Below, piece by piece: positions 25,902 through 36,355 of a DNA stretch of 64,000 nt. This DNA comes from Escherichia phage vB_EcoM-Ro121c4YLVW. Below the pieces are notes generated by a model that did no database searches, was not told where the DNA came from, and worked only from the letters and a program-made list of their open reading frames with translations. The stretch lies in sequence record NC_052654.1, one strand, 5' to 3'. A program made the position numbers and the translations under genes. Each line of letters opens with the position of its first letter. Position 1 is the first letter of the stretch.

Positions 25902-28577
25902 TTAGTCGTAATATTTCAAACCTGTAATGAACTTCGATCCCCAATCCGCACTTGCGGCGGTGAACGTCAACATCCAAGTTGTAGCTGTACCAGTGAAGAC
26001 CTCTCGTTGCACAGTACCATCAGTGTGGTAAATGTCCACGCCAGTATGTCCATTCTTAGGAATAGTGAAGGTAACAGCACTGGTAGTGTCTCGTGCATAA
26101 GAACAAACAAATGGTGTCCCCGCCCAAACTGGATTTGTCATATCACCCATCTCAAGCTGTGGAACCCAAGCAATAAGACCTGCCGTACCATCTCCTGCGA
26201 AAGTGTCTGATCCACTTGCATTCAAAGCTATAATCTCATAGGTTATAGATGCTTGTTTGGCAACTGTCACTTTGTGTAGAATTACACGATACCAACCATT
26301 CCCCATATCGATTATGTTTGCATCTGCACCTGTAAATGTTCCAGCTACAAGATCATAAGTCCCTTCGTTAATCTCATCTCCTGAAGTCAATTTGAGTTTC
26401 ACTTTAGTGATCCCATCTGGCTTCAAGAATACGGATGCCGCCCAGTGCTTACCTGCTGTAATATCAGAAGCTGTATTCACTGCTGATAAAATATGTTGTC
26501 CTGAAGTTGTAGAAGGTGTTAACTTGTAAGTGTTAGCCGTAGTTCCAACCGGAGAGTTGATTGTTGATGCTGTGACTGTCAAGTTCGTCTTCAACCACGG
26601 GGAAGCTGTTGTCAAGTTATTGTTGATAAAGATATGTGTACGGTTGGCTGCTACAACACGTCTACCTTGTGGAGTTGTACCAACATATTCTAAAGGTGCT
26701 ACGGGAGCAGAACTCTCTGTAGGTACAAGGATATCTCCAGAAGCCCTGGCATAACGGTTACTCCTATTGACCTTTACATCCGTTGGAATAGTTTCTTGCG
26801 TCAAATCATAGTCCATCACAATCACCACAGCATTCACTGCGAGATAAGAACTATCTTCGGCAGTTACCACACCTTGATAAGTTGCTCTACAACCGATACG
26901 ACAATCACCATCAGCAACCGCTGTAATAACGCCTGTAACGGGGTCAACTGTTGCTACCGTAGGGTCATTAGAGAAATACTCAACAACCATACCAGGTAAG
27001 CTTGCTGCCCCTGTTGGCGTTATTTCTGCTACCATTGTTTGTGTTGTTCCTACTTCCATCGCAGATAAGCTAGGAGTGTAAACGCTCAATGTTGAAGCAT
27101 ATCCTCCAGAGGTATCTGATAAAGTTGTTCCTTCAGCGTTTAAGGCTGTCATACCTGCATCAAAACCACCTTCTGCATGGAAAGTCATTAAACCAGTAGA
27201 TGATATTGTCATGTTTGCAGGGGCAGAAGAAGTGTATTTAATATTGAAAAGTTTACCTCCTTCTGGGCTAACAGAATGTGTCAACTGTTTAGTTCCGCCT
27301 ACAATACAAATTCCTAAAGAATCTGTAGTTAAGCCAGTTGCCAGAATATCACCCGTAATCACGGAGCTTGCTATTGGTGTGAATTTATTATAGTTTAGAC
27401 CACTATTGAACAGATACGAGGCTTTCCCATCTTTCCAAATACCGGAATAATACATATCTCCATTATAAACGAAAAAGGTTCCTTGATAACCTAATTGGTT
27501 AGTAACATCCATATTCAGCGTATGAACGCTTGTGAGCTTGTTTATATCCCAAGAACCCACTCCTTCAGGTTTAACTGGTTTTCCCACCTGGAGTGGATCT
27601 CCGCTCGCAGAATCATACCCCAAACCTAAGTTTGCAGTGTAGTTCTTACCAATAGCCCACAAGGAATTATTGATCCCAACGAAAAAAGAGTGGCGGCTTG
27701 GTGGAAATTTCCATGTTGAAAAACCTGCTGCAAAGGTGTCCAGTTTAGTGTAGGTTGTTTCTGTATTAGACCTAACATACAAGTAGTTTACCGTACCCGT
27801 ACCACCGGAGGTATCTCCTACAACTATTGTCTGGGAAACTGTATTGATGTAATCTTTGACATACACTGTTTCAGTAGCGGATATCTTGGCATTGACAAAA
27901 GCTGTTGTTGTGTTATTATTACCTGCTAAACCTTTACTGGCTCCACAAACACGCAAGGTTCCCACATTGTTGACATAAGAACATTGGTTGTAACCTGCAT
28001 CAAAAGCAACTGCTGCGCTTGTTATCTGACGAGGAGTAGAAACTTCGTTAGTAGTGCTTGCACCTAAACTGCCTACTGTATTTTGACCCGATCCATAAAG
28101 AACACCACTATTCATTAACCAGAGAGTATTGTTATACCCTCCTTTAACCTCTTTAAGATTGGCTAAAGAAATAGTCCCTGTTATTACAGATGGAAAGCTG
28201 GTCCAAGTAGTTACACATGCATCCGTACCACCTGCTGCTATAGATCCTACCAACCCTGCTGTCAATCCTGAATATTGCCATCCCCCACTGTTAGTTTTAA
28301 TAACAAAACAACGATCTGCGGTAAACACATCTGCTACTACAGTAGAAGCTAAGTGGAAATTATTGAATCGTGCACTACGAGTTCCATCTGCAATCTCACC
28401 AAAAAGGTTTGCGCCTTGAGTAAACAATCTACCATCATTAAGCAAAATTGCTAAACTGCTATTAGAATTACCAGCATTATCTGGGTAATCTAAAGTGATT
28501 ACTTTTTTAACAATACCTGCTGGCAGAGGAACGACACCAGTGCTGGTCATAATAGTAAATATTGGAATTGGAAACAT
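25902..28577 (-). CDS. tail fibre / receptor-binding protein (large, Gly/Ser/Thr/Asn-rich)
   Basis: 891 aa, beta-rich low-complexity composition typical of fibres; last gene of the minus-strand tail module; RBS GGAGGG. Confidence 0.65.
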   Translation of the reverse strand: MFPIPIFTIMTSTGVVPLPAGIVKKVITLDYPDNAGNSNSSLAILLNDGRLFTQGANLFGEIADGTRSARFNNFHLASTVVADVFTADRCFVIKTNSGGWQYSGLTAGLVGSIAAGGTDACVTTWTSFPSVITGTISLANLKEVKGGYNNTLWLMNSGVLYGSGQNTVGSLGASTTNEVSTPRQITSAAVAFDAGYNQCSYVNNVGTLRVCGASKGLAGNNNTTTAFVNAKISATETVYVKDYINTVSQTIVVGDTSGGTGTVNYLYVRSNTETTYTKLDTFAAGFSTWKFPPSRHSFFVGINNSLWAIGKNYTANLGLGYDSASGDPLQVGKPVKPEGVGSWDINKLTSVHTLNMDVTNQLGYQGTFFVYNGDMYYSGIWKDGKASYLFNSGLNYNKFTPIASSVITGDILATGLTTDSLGICIVGGTKQLTHSVSPEGGKLFNIKYTSSAPANMTISSTGLMTFHAEGGFDAGMTALNAEGTTLSDTSGGYASTLSVYTPSLSAMEVGTTQTMVAEITPTGAASLPGMVVEYFSNDPTVATVDPVTGVITAVADGDCRIGCRATYQGVVTAEDSSYLAVNAVVIVMDYDLTQETIPTDVKVNRSNRYARASGDILVPTESSAPVAPLEYVGTTPQGRRVVAANRTHIFINNNLTTASPWLKTNLTVTASTINSPVGTTANTYKLTPSTTSGQHILSAVNTASDITAGKHWAASVFLKPDGITKVKLKLTSGDEINEGTYDLVAGTFTGADANIIDMGNGWYRVILHKVTVAKQASITYEIIALNASGSDTFAGDGTAGLIAWVPQLEMGDMTNPVWAGTPFVCSYARDTTSAVTFTIPKNGHTGVDIYHTDGTVQREVFTGTATTWMLTFTAASADWGSKFITGLKYYD

Positions 28578-28589
28578 TTAAACCCTCCA

Positions 28590-28616
28590 TAAAAAGAAAG
28601 CCCCTTTCGGGGCTTC
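28590..28616 (-). terminator. rho-independent terminator (minus strand) after the collagen-like fibre gene
   Basis: Hairpin AGCCCC-TTTC-GGGGCT with a U-tract on the minus strand. Confidence 0.65.
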
Positions 28617-28618
28617 TG

Positions 28619-30643
28619 TTATCGTGTTACAACAACCATGTCCACGATATCACCCACACCAGGATACGTTAATTGCAAAATTGTTACTGCGTTAGCAGTA
28701 GTTGCTATTTCTGTATCATTTAGTGCTCCATAAGACGCATCTAGTGTAACCGTGTGTCCCGTTGTATCTTGAATCAAATAAATCATTGCTGAAAACGCTT
28801 TAGGTTTTGTAGAGCCAGTGACACCAGGCCATGCTCCAACTGTCAGAGCGTCAGTTACTGTAACAACATACATATTGGAAGTTCCAGAAGGAGTCCAAGA
28901 TGCTCCAGAGTTGGCAGTAGTTGTTTCAAGTTCCATGAAACCTGCTGTAACTTTAGTTGGTGTTATAGCTTCCGTAGGATCTGATCCTGATATTTCGATC
29001 CAGTTTCCATCAGACCGACCATACGTCAAGCCGTCTTGAGGGGCTTCTGGTATACTAGGAAGAGTGCCTATAAGCGTCCACGTAGAAGAATCTGTTTTCT
29101 TAAACACTGCTCCAGTGGTAGTATTGAAGGCGTAATCATTGATAACACCGTCTCCTGTGACTGGATTAGTTGTTGCTACAAACCACTGTGCGCCATCCTT
29201 ACCGTTGGTCCCATCAGTACCGTTGGTTCCGTTTGTTCCAGGATCACCCTTATCTCCTTTATCCCCTTTTTCACCTTTGTCGCCTTTAATACTTCCCATG
29301 TCAACAAAAGATGCGGAATTGGTGTCTTGATCGTAGGTATAGATGTAAAGATTACTAGTGTCTTCAGTTAAGTAAGCATCACCATAGTTATTGTAAACAG
29401 GGAGAGCTTCACTGTTCGGAACATGACCTTTAGCTGTAATTGATGTTCCTCCAAGACTGCCAACATTCATCCATTCCGTAGCATCTTGGACCCAAACATA
29501 TAAATCATTATTAATTTTATATGCGTCACCTACTTCTCCAGTAGGAGGAAGTTCAGCTTCACTGTTCAGAACCCCGATAATCTCTAAGCCTGATCCTGTT
29601 GCACCCACTGGTCCTTGTGGACCTAGTTCACCTTGTGGACCTCGCTCTCCTTGATCACCCTTGTCTCCTTTTGGACCTTTAAGTGAGGCAATAAAATCTA
29701 CTTCTGTCCCTTCATTACCAGCATCCAGCCAACTTTGATATGCAGATTTCCCTTCATCTCCATCTGTTCCATCAAGACCGTCTTTACCTGCCTCACCTTG
29801 TGGACCTTGAGGACCAACAATATTACCCATGTTGACCCAAGCTGTCCCATTAGAGACATAAAGATTACCATTGATAGAATAAGCTTGGCTTACGTTTTCA
29901 GAGTTAGGTTGTGGTAAGTTACTTGTAGAAGGTAAATCCCCACGATAATCAAAACCGTTGGCGTTAACACCAGGTGCTCCCTGTGGCCCTGTAGGACCAA
30001 CATCACCTTTATCACCTTTTATAGAGGTAAGAAAGTCATAAACAGATCCTGTATTACCATCTGCCAACCATACCTCATAAGCTGATTTCCCTTCTGGTCC
30101 AAGAGAAGAAATAAGTTTCCAAACAGAACCATCCCAAGCGTAAATCACATCACCTACGATATAACCATCTCCTGCGATGTTACCTGTAGATGGTAGTTCA
30201 CTAGTGCTTGCTAATGATCCCTTAATATTAAGTTGAGCACCAGTATCTCCTTTCAAAGAAGCAAGCCACTGGGCTTCTGTTCCAACAAAACCATTATCAA
30301 GTGCGATCTGATAAGCCGATTTACCAGCTTCAGGTATTGCTTCTGACAAATCATTAATCTGTTGTTGCACTGCCGTAAACTTGGCATTGATAATTGCTAT
30401 ATCATCAGCGGTCCCAACATTTTGCCATGCAAGGGAAGAAATACCACCTGTGGTGGCTGGCGTAGAGTTTGCTGGAACTACTTTAGGAAAAGTTCCTTTC
30501 CATTGGTAATAATTCCCTTCTGCTGCTAACAGCAAAACTTCACGGGAATTACGTAATGTAAAACCTGCCTCAAAGCTGCGACGTTTTCGATAAGTAGCTT
30601 CTACCAGATCGGCTATCGCACTATTAGGTCTTGTTAAATTCAT
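28619..30643 (-). CDS. tail fibre protein with collagen-like G-X-Y repeats
   Basis: Several GXY runs, e.g. GDKGEKGDKGDKGDPGTNGTNGTDGTNGKDG and GPKGDKGDQGERGPQGELGPQGPVGATG. Confidence 0.75.
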   Translation of the reverse strand: MNLTRPNSAIADLVEATYRKRRSFEAGFTLRNSREVLLLAAEGNYYQWKGTFPKVVPANSTPATTGGISSLAWQNVGTADDIAIINAKFTAVQQQINDLSEAIPEAGKSAYQIALDNGFVGTEAQWLASLKGDTGAQLNIKGSLASTSELPSTGNIAGDGYIVGDVIYAWDGSVWKLISSLGPEGKSAYEVWLADGNTGSVYDFLTSIKGDKGDVGPTGPQGAPGVNANGFDYRGDLPSTSNLPQPNSENVSQAYSINGNLYVSNGTAWVNMGNIVGPQGPQGEAGKDGLDGTDGDEGKSAYQSWLDAGNEGTEVDFIASLKGPKGDKGDQGERGPQGELGPQGPVGATGSGLEIIGVLNSEAELPPTGEVGDAYKINNDLYVWVQDATEWMNVGSLGGTSITAKGHVPNSEALPVYNNYGDAYLTEDTSNLYIYTYDQDTNSASFVDMGSIKGDKGEKGDKGDKGDPGTNGTNGTDGTNGKDGAQWFVATTNPVTGDGVINDYAFNTTTGAVFKKTDSSTWTLIGTLPSIPEAPQDGLTYGRSDGNWIEISGSDPTEAITPTKVTAGFMELETTTANSGASWTPSGTSNMYVVTVTDALTVGAWPGVTGSTKPKAFSAMIYLIQDTTGHTVTLDASYGALNDTEIATTANAVTILQLTYPGVGDIVDMVVVTR
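29200..30020 (-). repeat. collagen-like triplet-repeat coding region (interrupted Gly-X-Y blocks)
   Basis: Four GXY blocks in the fibre protein; the nucleotide sequence shows short imperfect triplet periodicity. Confidence 0.6.
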
Positions 30644-30704
30644 TTATCTCTCCTATCATTAGACCATTCTATTGGAAGAAGAGGGGGAATCCCCCTCTAT
30701 TCCA

Positions 30705-33700
30705 TTAGGTTGTTGGCACATCTACTACTGGCGTTGGGCGAATAACCGCAGTATTACCTACAGAAACATTACTGGAATCATTAGGTATGGTTTTAATTCT
30801 AACTCCAGCACTTGTAGGCGTTACAATTGGATCTGCAATGTCTATTTTAACTGGGTTAGTCCACGTATCATTATCTTGATAAGGTGCACGAGTAATAACT
30901 GTGTCCAAATCTGCTCCACCTACGCCAGCACCAGGAATACGGATACGTGTCCCTGCTGACAGAGGGTAATGATACAACCAAGAAGCATTTGTTGCTGTCC
31001 CGTTAGGAGTCAAGTTCTGTGTCAGGAAGGTATCTCCTGCCTGTGTAGCTCGAATACCGAAAGCTGGGATATCTGGAATATATGCCCCACTTGTTGTTAC
31101 AAGGAAGAACGTATTATCCGCCTTGACTATCATATCACCTTTGTCAAACTCTTTCCCTGTTGGGAAATGCATTCCATCAATGTTTCGACTAGGATTAGGT
31201 TCTAAGTAATAAACTTTGCCCGTTGTCCCTACAATAGCTCCAATACCACCTGCGATATTGGTATACATATTAGCTTCAACATTACAGTTGACACGATGAA
31301 TATCCGAGTAACGGCAACGGCTCCACTGTGGACGACCAGTAACCATCGTCTTGCCATCTGGGTAACAGTTCACGTTAACCATTTCAAGAACAGATTTTTC
31401 TCTACGGAAGAATCCATCATAAAATGTCCCTGGACCAGATTCAGGTTGACCAACACAATCGAAGATATTACAGGTGATGTTAGACATTGAAAGCCAAGAA
31501 GCTATACCGAACAACTGCAATGCAGCGCAACGAATATTTTCAAAGCTAACTCTGTTTTCATAACCTGGCCCAGCGGAAACTCCTGCAAAAACACGCCCAG
31601 TTTTGGTGTGAATATTACGAACAGAATAGTTAAAGCATGGGTTTGAAGGTCTACCCTGTGCCGGAACTACCGGATTACCCTCTTCGTCCAGAACTGCGTT
31701 AGTTCCCCACTCCAAATAAATCATACGGATATTACTTGCAAGTGTGCTACCGTCTGTTTTAGGCTCTCCGTAAACACCGTCAATCGTAAAATCTTTACTT
31801 CCATACATTACAACTGCGCCAGTTGCCAAACCTGTCCCAACAGATACAGTCTGGTCTGGATCGCCATGAATGTTTTCGATAGAGATATTACGACCAACTT
31901 CTACGTGGACAATCTGACGACAACGTTTTGCAAAAACGTTACGAATTGTAATATTCTTGCAATATTGATCATCAGGGATTCCGTAACCATATGGTCCTTT
32001 ACCAGCTACACCGATACCGATACCCCAGTTGGACAGAGGAATAGGAGCGTTAGTCCCATCGATATTAGACAGGTAAATATTCTCAATCACACAACCATCG
32101 TCATAATGTTTATTGATGACGTTCAGTTCTATTGCATCACCTTGCATATCCATGAAGGTAAGGTTACGGAAGACACCACGTGTTACTGGTTCCCCTGTTC
32201 CTTGTTGAAGGATGCCATACAACCCGTTTTTAAAAGTACAATTATCAATTTCAAAAGTACCTGATATTGGGTTGCCTTGGAATACCAAGCTACCAACTTG
32301 ACCTGCGCGAGGAGCACCGTCCCACAAACAATCGAACATGCGCACAGCACCACCCCAATACATAACACGAGAGTTACGGAAAGTTGTGCCTTCTACTGTA
32401 GCATTTTGCACACGATAGTCGCGTTGACCACGGAACACACCCCCACGCAAAGTGATACCTTGAATATCAAAAGAGCTTGTCGTGAAAGTCATATCGCAAC
32501 CGTAAGCATCGAGAATCTTGCTTTTCGAAGCTTTTGCTGCTAACAGTGCCGCTTGGAAAGCTGCTTCTGGTGTGGTATATGTTGTTGTGTTGTTAGCAAA
32601 TTCTGACAAGTAGACAACATCGAATAAATCGTTGTATGTTCCACCACGAGGGGTTAACAGTCCTTCTGTATTGGTCAGAACCCATGCATTTGGACCTAAT
32701 CCACCGCTTGTCTCCAATGTATCGGAGGCCAAAATACTTTTTGGTAAACTTCCAGCCCAACGATAACGACCAGCACCACGTCCAATCGTCTGATTTTTAG
32801 CTGTCAGAGTTACGTTATTACCAAAGCTTGTAGGCAAATGAACAAACTGTCCACGTTCAACAGCTAGTGCAGAAAGATCTACAGACCCCCCAGAATAAGT
32901 CATTACTCCAGAAACAGACAAGGATGTTAAAGTTCCTGTGATGTTAGGAGGTAATGTGTAGGAAGACTGTGCTACTGGATCATACAGAGCTTTAATCCCT
33001 GTTAATGATTGACCTGCTGTTGCGTAAGCCACCTCATCATCTAACAAACCATATTTACGAGCAATAGTTTGCAGAGGGACTTTATCCATGCTTTCTGTTA
33101 GTTCTTCCGTTTTTGTTTCTAAACTAACAAGACGGTTCTCTAGATTAGGATCTGTATCTGCTGAAGCTACGATTTTACCAATATAAGCAAAAAGCTTGTT
33201 TGGTAGTCCTGTTGCAGGATCGTGTCCCAAAGGTTCAGATAAGATGATCTTACTATCTTCTATACGGAAAGCTTCCCCCAGAACCTGAATAACACCATTG
33301 ATCGTAACAATAGCACTATCAAAGATGTAAGGAGGACTAATTACTGTTTCATAACCCGTTGCACCAGAGTATACCCACGGGGTGACTTCTGTTGCTAATT
33401 GTTCTGTTTTCAGTCCCCACAATACCCAGTTGTTATCTCCTACTGGAGTCCCTTGCATAGGGATTGGGTTAACCAATGTAGCGTTAGGGGCATAGTAATA
33501 ACCGCTCAATACTCCATTCTGGAAATAACGAAGTTGGTTAAAAACTGTTTCGTTTGTGCCTTGCGCCCAATCCAATGGGCTTTTAAAGAAAAAGTTGTCA
33601 ACAAGGGCTTTTCTCAGGGTTGGTATCAACCCTGATTCTGTTTCAATACTCTCTGTAGCACTTCCATTAATAACATCATGGAGTTGGTTAGATGAGAAAA

Positions 33701-33758
33701 TAACCAGGTCTACGCCCTGTTCGAGAGACGTTGCTGGATATGTTGGGAATGTTGCCAT
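30705..33758 (-). CDS. tailspike protein with predicted right-handed beta-helix (pectate-lyase-like; candidate polysaccharide depolymerase)
   Basis: 1017 aa; repetitive N/G/T/V-rich beta-strand segments (e.g. NCTFKNGLYGILQQG...FRNLTFMDMQGDAIELNVI) typical of parallel beta-helix spikes. Confidence 0.7.
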   Translation of the reverse strand: MATFPTYPATSLEQGVDLVIFSSNQLHDVINGSATESIETESGLIPTLRKALVDNFFFKSPLDWAQGTNETVFNQLRYFQNGVLSGYYYAPNATLVNPIPMQGTPVGDNNWVLWGLKTEQLATEVTPWVYSGATGYETVISPPYIFDSAIVTINGVIQVLGEAFRIEDSKIILSEPLGHDPATGLPNKLFAYIGKIVASADTDPNLENRLVSLETKTEELTESMDKVPLQTIARKYGLLDDEVAYATAGQSLTGIKALYDPVAQSSYTLPPNITGTLTSLSVSGVMTYSGGSVDLSALAVERGQFVHLPTSFGNNVTLTAKNQTIGRGAGRYRWAGSLPKSILASDTLETSGGLGPNAWVLTNTEGLLTPRGGTYNDLFDVVYLSEFANNTTTYTTPEAAFQAALLAAKASKSKILDAYGCDMTFTTSSFDIQGITLRGGVFRGQRDYRVQNATVEGTTFRNSRVMYWGGAVRMFDCLWDGAPRAGQVGSLVFQGNPISGTFEIDNCTFKNGLYGILQQGTGEPVTRGVFRNLTFMDMQGDAIELNVINKHYDDGCVIENIYLSNIDGTNAPIPLSNWGIGIGVAGKGPYGYGIPDDQYCKNITIRNVFAKRCRQIVHVEVGRNISIENIHGDPDQTVSVGTGLATGAVVMYGSKDFTIDGVYGEPKTDGSTLASNIRMIYLEWGTNAVLDEEGNPVVPAQGRPSNPCFNYSVRNIHTKTGRVFAGVSAGPGYENRVSFENIRCAALQLFGIASWLSMSNITCNIFDCVGQPESGPGTFYDGFFRREKSVLEMVNVNCYPDGKTMVTGRPQWSRCRYSDIHRVNCNVEANMYTNIAGGIGAIVGTTGKVYYLEPNPSRNIDGMHFPTGKEFDKGDMIVKADNTFFLVTTSGAYIPDIPAFGIRATQAGDTFLTQNLTPNGTATNASWLYHYPLSAGTRIRIPGAGVGGADLDTVITRAPYQDNDTWTNPVKIDIADPIVTPTSAGVRIKTIPNDSSNVSVGNTAVIRPTPVVDVPTT

Positions 33759-33761
33759 TAA

Positions 33762-34097
33762 TTACCCCTTATTCTGTGTACGTTTAACTATGTCATCTAG
33801 CATCATTTGGATAGTCGCATTCTTGAGGTCCATAATCTTTTCAATTTTTTGCTCAAGGGTGTTATTATTTGCCATTAATGTAGAGTTAATTTGATTTAGC
33901 ATCTGGGTAAGTTCGGCTTTAGTTGCATAAGTTGATTCAACAAAGACCAACTTCTTCTCTAGCTCTCGACTTTTCTCCTCCATTTCCTCAAGATCAGAGC
34001 CGAATTTATCCATTTTTTGTTTGAAAAAGAACCAGATGACTCCGATTAAAGGGATTATTGCATCCTTTGCAAGTCCCCATGCTTCTTGAAATTCCAT
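33762..34097 (-). CDS. membrane-anchored coiled-coil protein
   Basis: N-terminal hydrophobic helix AIIPLIGVIWFFF followed by heptad-like charged sequence. Confidence 0.45.
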   Translation of the reverse strand: MEFQEAWGLAKDAIIPLIGVIWFFFKQKMDKFGSDLEEMEEKSRELEKKLVFVESTYATKAELTQMLNQINSTLMANNNTLEQKIEKIMDLKNATIQMMLDDIVKRTQNKG

Positions 34098-34106
34098 AGT
34101 GATCCC

Positions 34107-34652
34107 TTATTCTGTCGGTAATGTAGGCCAATCTATAGCGTAAGGATAGTCTTTTTGGAGCGGAACACGATTTAGTTTAACTACATAAACTTGAAGATTT
34201 TTAAGATAAGCTAATTCGTCTTCAGTAGCCATTTCTAAATCTTTAGCATACTGTAAAGGTGTTATAAGTGCTACCGCTGTTTCTTGTAAAGAGCGAATTT
34301 TTGCACTAGCTTGTGTCATCAACTCTTCACGGGAATACTCTTTATCCTTAAGAGTTAAGGTTTCTAAATCCAGAACCTTGTTCCTAATATCCTCAAAAGT
34401 ATCTATATTAAAGTCTACTTGTGCTATAGAAAGATCTTCAGGGCAAAGTAGTGTAGGATCAGTATTCCAAAACACAATACGATTTTGATCATCAAAAACG
34501 ACTTTCATTTTATCGTTATTGAATTCTGTGCTACGTAAATCATACCAATCGTAACCTTGATCGCAACGAAGAAAAAGAATGTTCTCTGCTTCTACCAATT
34601 CTTTTAGTTCAGGGTCTTCAGGAATATATTTTTTAAAGTTTGTAAATATCAT
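34107..34652 (-). CDS. tail fibre assembly chaperone (Tfa-like), putative
   Basis: 181 aa gene immediately downstream of a tail fibre gene, the typical Tfa position; call is by position and size. Confidence 0.5.
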   Translation of the reverse strand: MIFTNFKKYIPEDPELKELVEAENILFLRCDQGYDWYDLRSTEFNNDKMKVVFDDQNRIVFWNTDPTLLCPEDLSIAQVDFNIDTFEDIRNKVLDLETLTLKDKEYSREELMTQASAKIRSLQETAVALITPLQYAKDLEMATEDELAYLKNLQVYVVKLNRVPLQKDYPYAIDWPTLPTE

Positions 34653-35714
34653 TTAGCCTCCAATATCGTACCAGTTTCCGTTAACGTTGCGCTGGAGGCG
34701 TTTGAAGTAAACCCCACCGATGTTATCCGCAGAGCTACGTCCTGTTTCCTGTACGATAATACCAGAAAGAACATAACCAGAAGAACAGATATAAGTCCAA
34801 GAAACCTCGTTCCCTGGTGGATAATACACACCTTGGCTAGTATAACGAATATCTCTTACAAAGGTTCCGTTAGCATAGTTGTAGTTATTTGTAATCTGAC
34901 TTTGATGATTACTTTCTACATTGTTTATACGAGAAGAGAGGTTGTTGTTAACATTATTCAAGTTGTTTTGAACACTGTTAATATTCGTCTGCAATGTGTT
35001 CTGAAGGGAAGTCAAACGAGAGTTCAGATAATCTAAACGAACTAAAGCATTTCCGTTAGAAGTATCTTGTCCACTGTTCGATCTTGGATTATCTATTAGA
35101 ACATAACCTGCATCATATAAACGAACACCTGCCGATATACTACCTGTGCTAGGATTTCTACGATAGATGTAAAGCTGACCTCCGCTTTGATACTCGGCAG
35201 AAATCTCACCATTTGTTTGTCCTGCAAAGTTTTTGAAGAACAGTGTTGCAGGATCTGTTGTGGAAGTACCGTTAACATAAACATCGCCACCATAAATAGC
35301 ACCACCCGCATCACGTTTTACCAACACGTTTGGTGTTACTGTTGAACTAGTGGCATCTGTAATGTTTGCCGACAAGTGATTATGACTGTTATCTTGAACC
35401 TGGATAGATAAAGTAACTTCTTTGTTACCGTTCCAAGTAGCCTCACCCGTAGCATCACCTGCCATTGTAATCTTAGTTCCCACTAAAGGCAAGTAGGTAT
35501 TAGGTAAAGTTGGAAGAAAGTCATCCACCAAATAGCGAATCCATAAACCGATATTATTAAGAATCCAGTTCATTTCTTCGCAAGTCATGATTTGACCATA
35601 ATCCATACCAACTGTGCGGATGGTTTCTTTAGGTCTAATTTTGTTTGTGTTTAAAGTTCCTGGGAGCGTTACAGTTTGTGTAGCCCAGTCAGGATAATAT
35701 ATTGGCTTCGCCAT
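34653..35714 (-). CDS. tail fibre protein (gpH-like position)
   Basis: 353 aa, N/S/T/G-rich with a short heptad region (LNSRLTSLQNTLQTNINSVQNNLNNVNNNLSSRINNVE); follows baseplate-like genes. Confidence 0.6.
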   Translation of the reverse strand: MAKPIYYPDWATQTVTLPGTLNTNKIRPKETIRTVGMDYGQIMTCEEMNWILNNIGLWIRYLVDDFLPTLPNTYLPLVGTKITMAGDATGEATWNGNKEVTLSIQVQDNSHNHLSANITDATSSTVTPNVLVKRDAGGAIYGGDVYVNGTSTTDPATLFFKNFAGQTNGEISAEYQSGGQLYIYRRNPSTGSISAGVRLYDAGYVLIDNPRSNSGQDTSNGNALVRLDYLNSRLTSLQNTLQTNINSVQNNLNNVNNNLSSRINNVESNHQSQITNNYNYANGTFVRDIRYTSQGVYYPPGNEVSWTYICSSGYVLSGIIVQETGRSSADNIGGVYFKRLQRNVNGNWYDIGG

Positions 35715-35723
35715 TTAAACTCC

Positions 35724-36353
35724 TTAATCTATTTGCTTGAGAAGCGTACACATGCGTCCTGTTTCATCCCCAGTAGATTCCATGTACAGGGAACCTAAAC
35801 CACCAATACCATGAGGCGGTTTGGTAGCATAATAAGAACTAAAACCAAAAGCTGATCCTGCTTTTGCTCCAAGACGGTAGCTACTAATAATAGGGAAAAC
35901 ACTTAGCAACTGCTCTAAAGCTTGATCAGATTGAAGACACAGGTTGTAGAAAAACACATCAAAGGTTTTATTCAAACCTACGTAAGTATTAAGCGTTTCA
36001 CGCTCTGTTCCTGTGAAACGGGCGAAGATATCAATTATGTCACCACGAGTCCCCGATGAGGCTACGCGGTAAGCCCTGATTTTTAATATTGTTCTATACT
36101 CTTCATCATCAGAGCCATTACGTTCGATCCCCATTTCTTCCCCTAGAATATCTAAGTATTTGCCTGTGGCTGTAGAGATCAAGCGGTGTTTAGCAAGATA
36201 GATCATTGCCTGATCTATCTTTTGCTTTTCACTGGATACGATGTAGAGGAGCTTGACAATGTTAGGAGAAGATTTAAAATCTTCAATCAGAAGGTTTTTA
36301 ACATCTTCATTGATACTGGCCCAAGTTGTTACATGGTCAACACTCACTGCCAT
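35724..36353 (-). CDS. baseplate protein (P2 gpI-like position), putative
   Basis: Directly downstream of the baseplate J-like gene; call by position. Confidence 0.45.
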   Translation of the reverse strand: MAVSVDHVTTWASINEDVKNLLIEDFKSSPNIVKLLYIVSSEKQKIDQAMIYLAKHRLISTATGKYLDILGEEMGIERNGSDDEEYRTILKIRAYRVASSGTRGDIIDIFARFTGTERETLNTYVGLNKTFDVFFYNLCLQSDQALEQLLSVFPIISSYRLGAKAGSAFGFSSYYATKPPHGIGGLGSLYMESTGDETGRMCTLLKQID

Positions 36354-36355
36354 TT

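Noticed and set aside
29139-29330. Repetitive DNA in the fibre gene, considered as a possible CRISPR-like or tandem-repeat array
   Set aside because: The periodicity is 9-nt Gly-X-Y collagen-like coding repeats within an intact ORF, not direct repeats with spacers.
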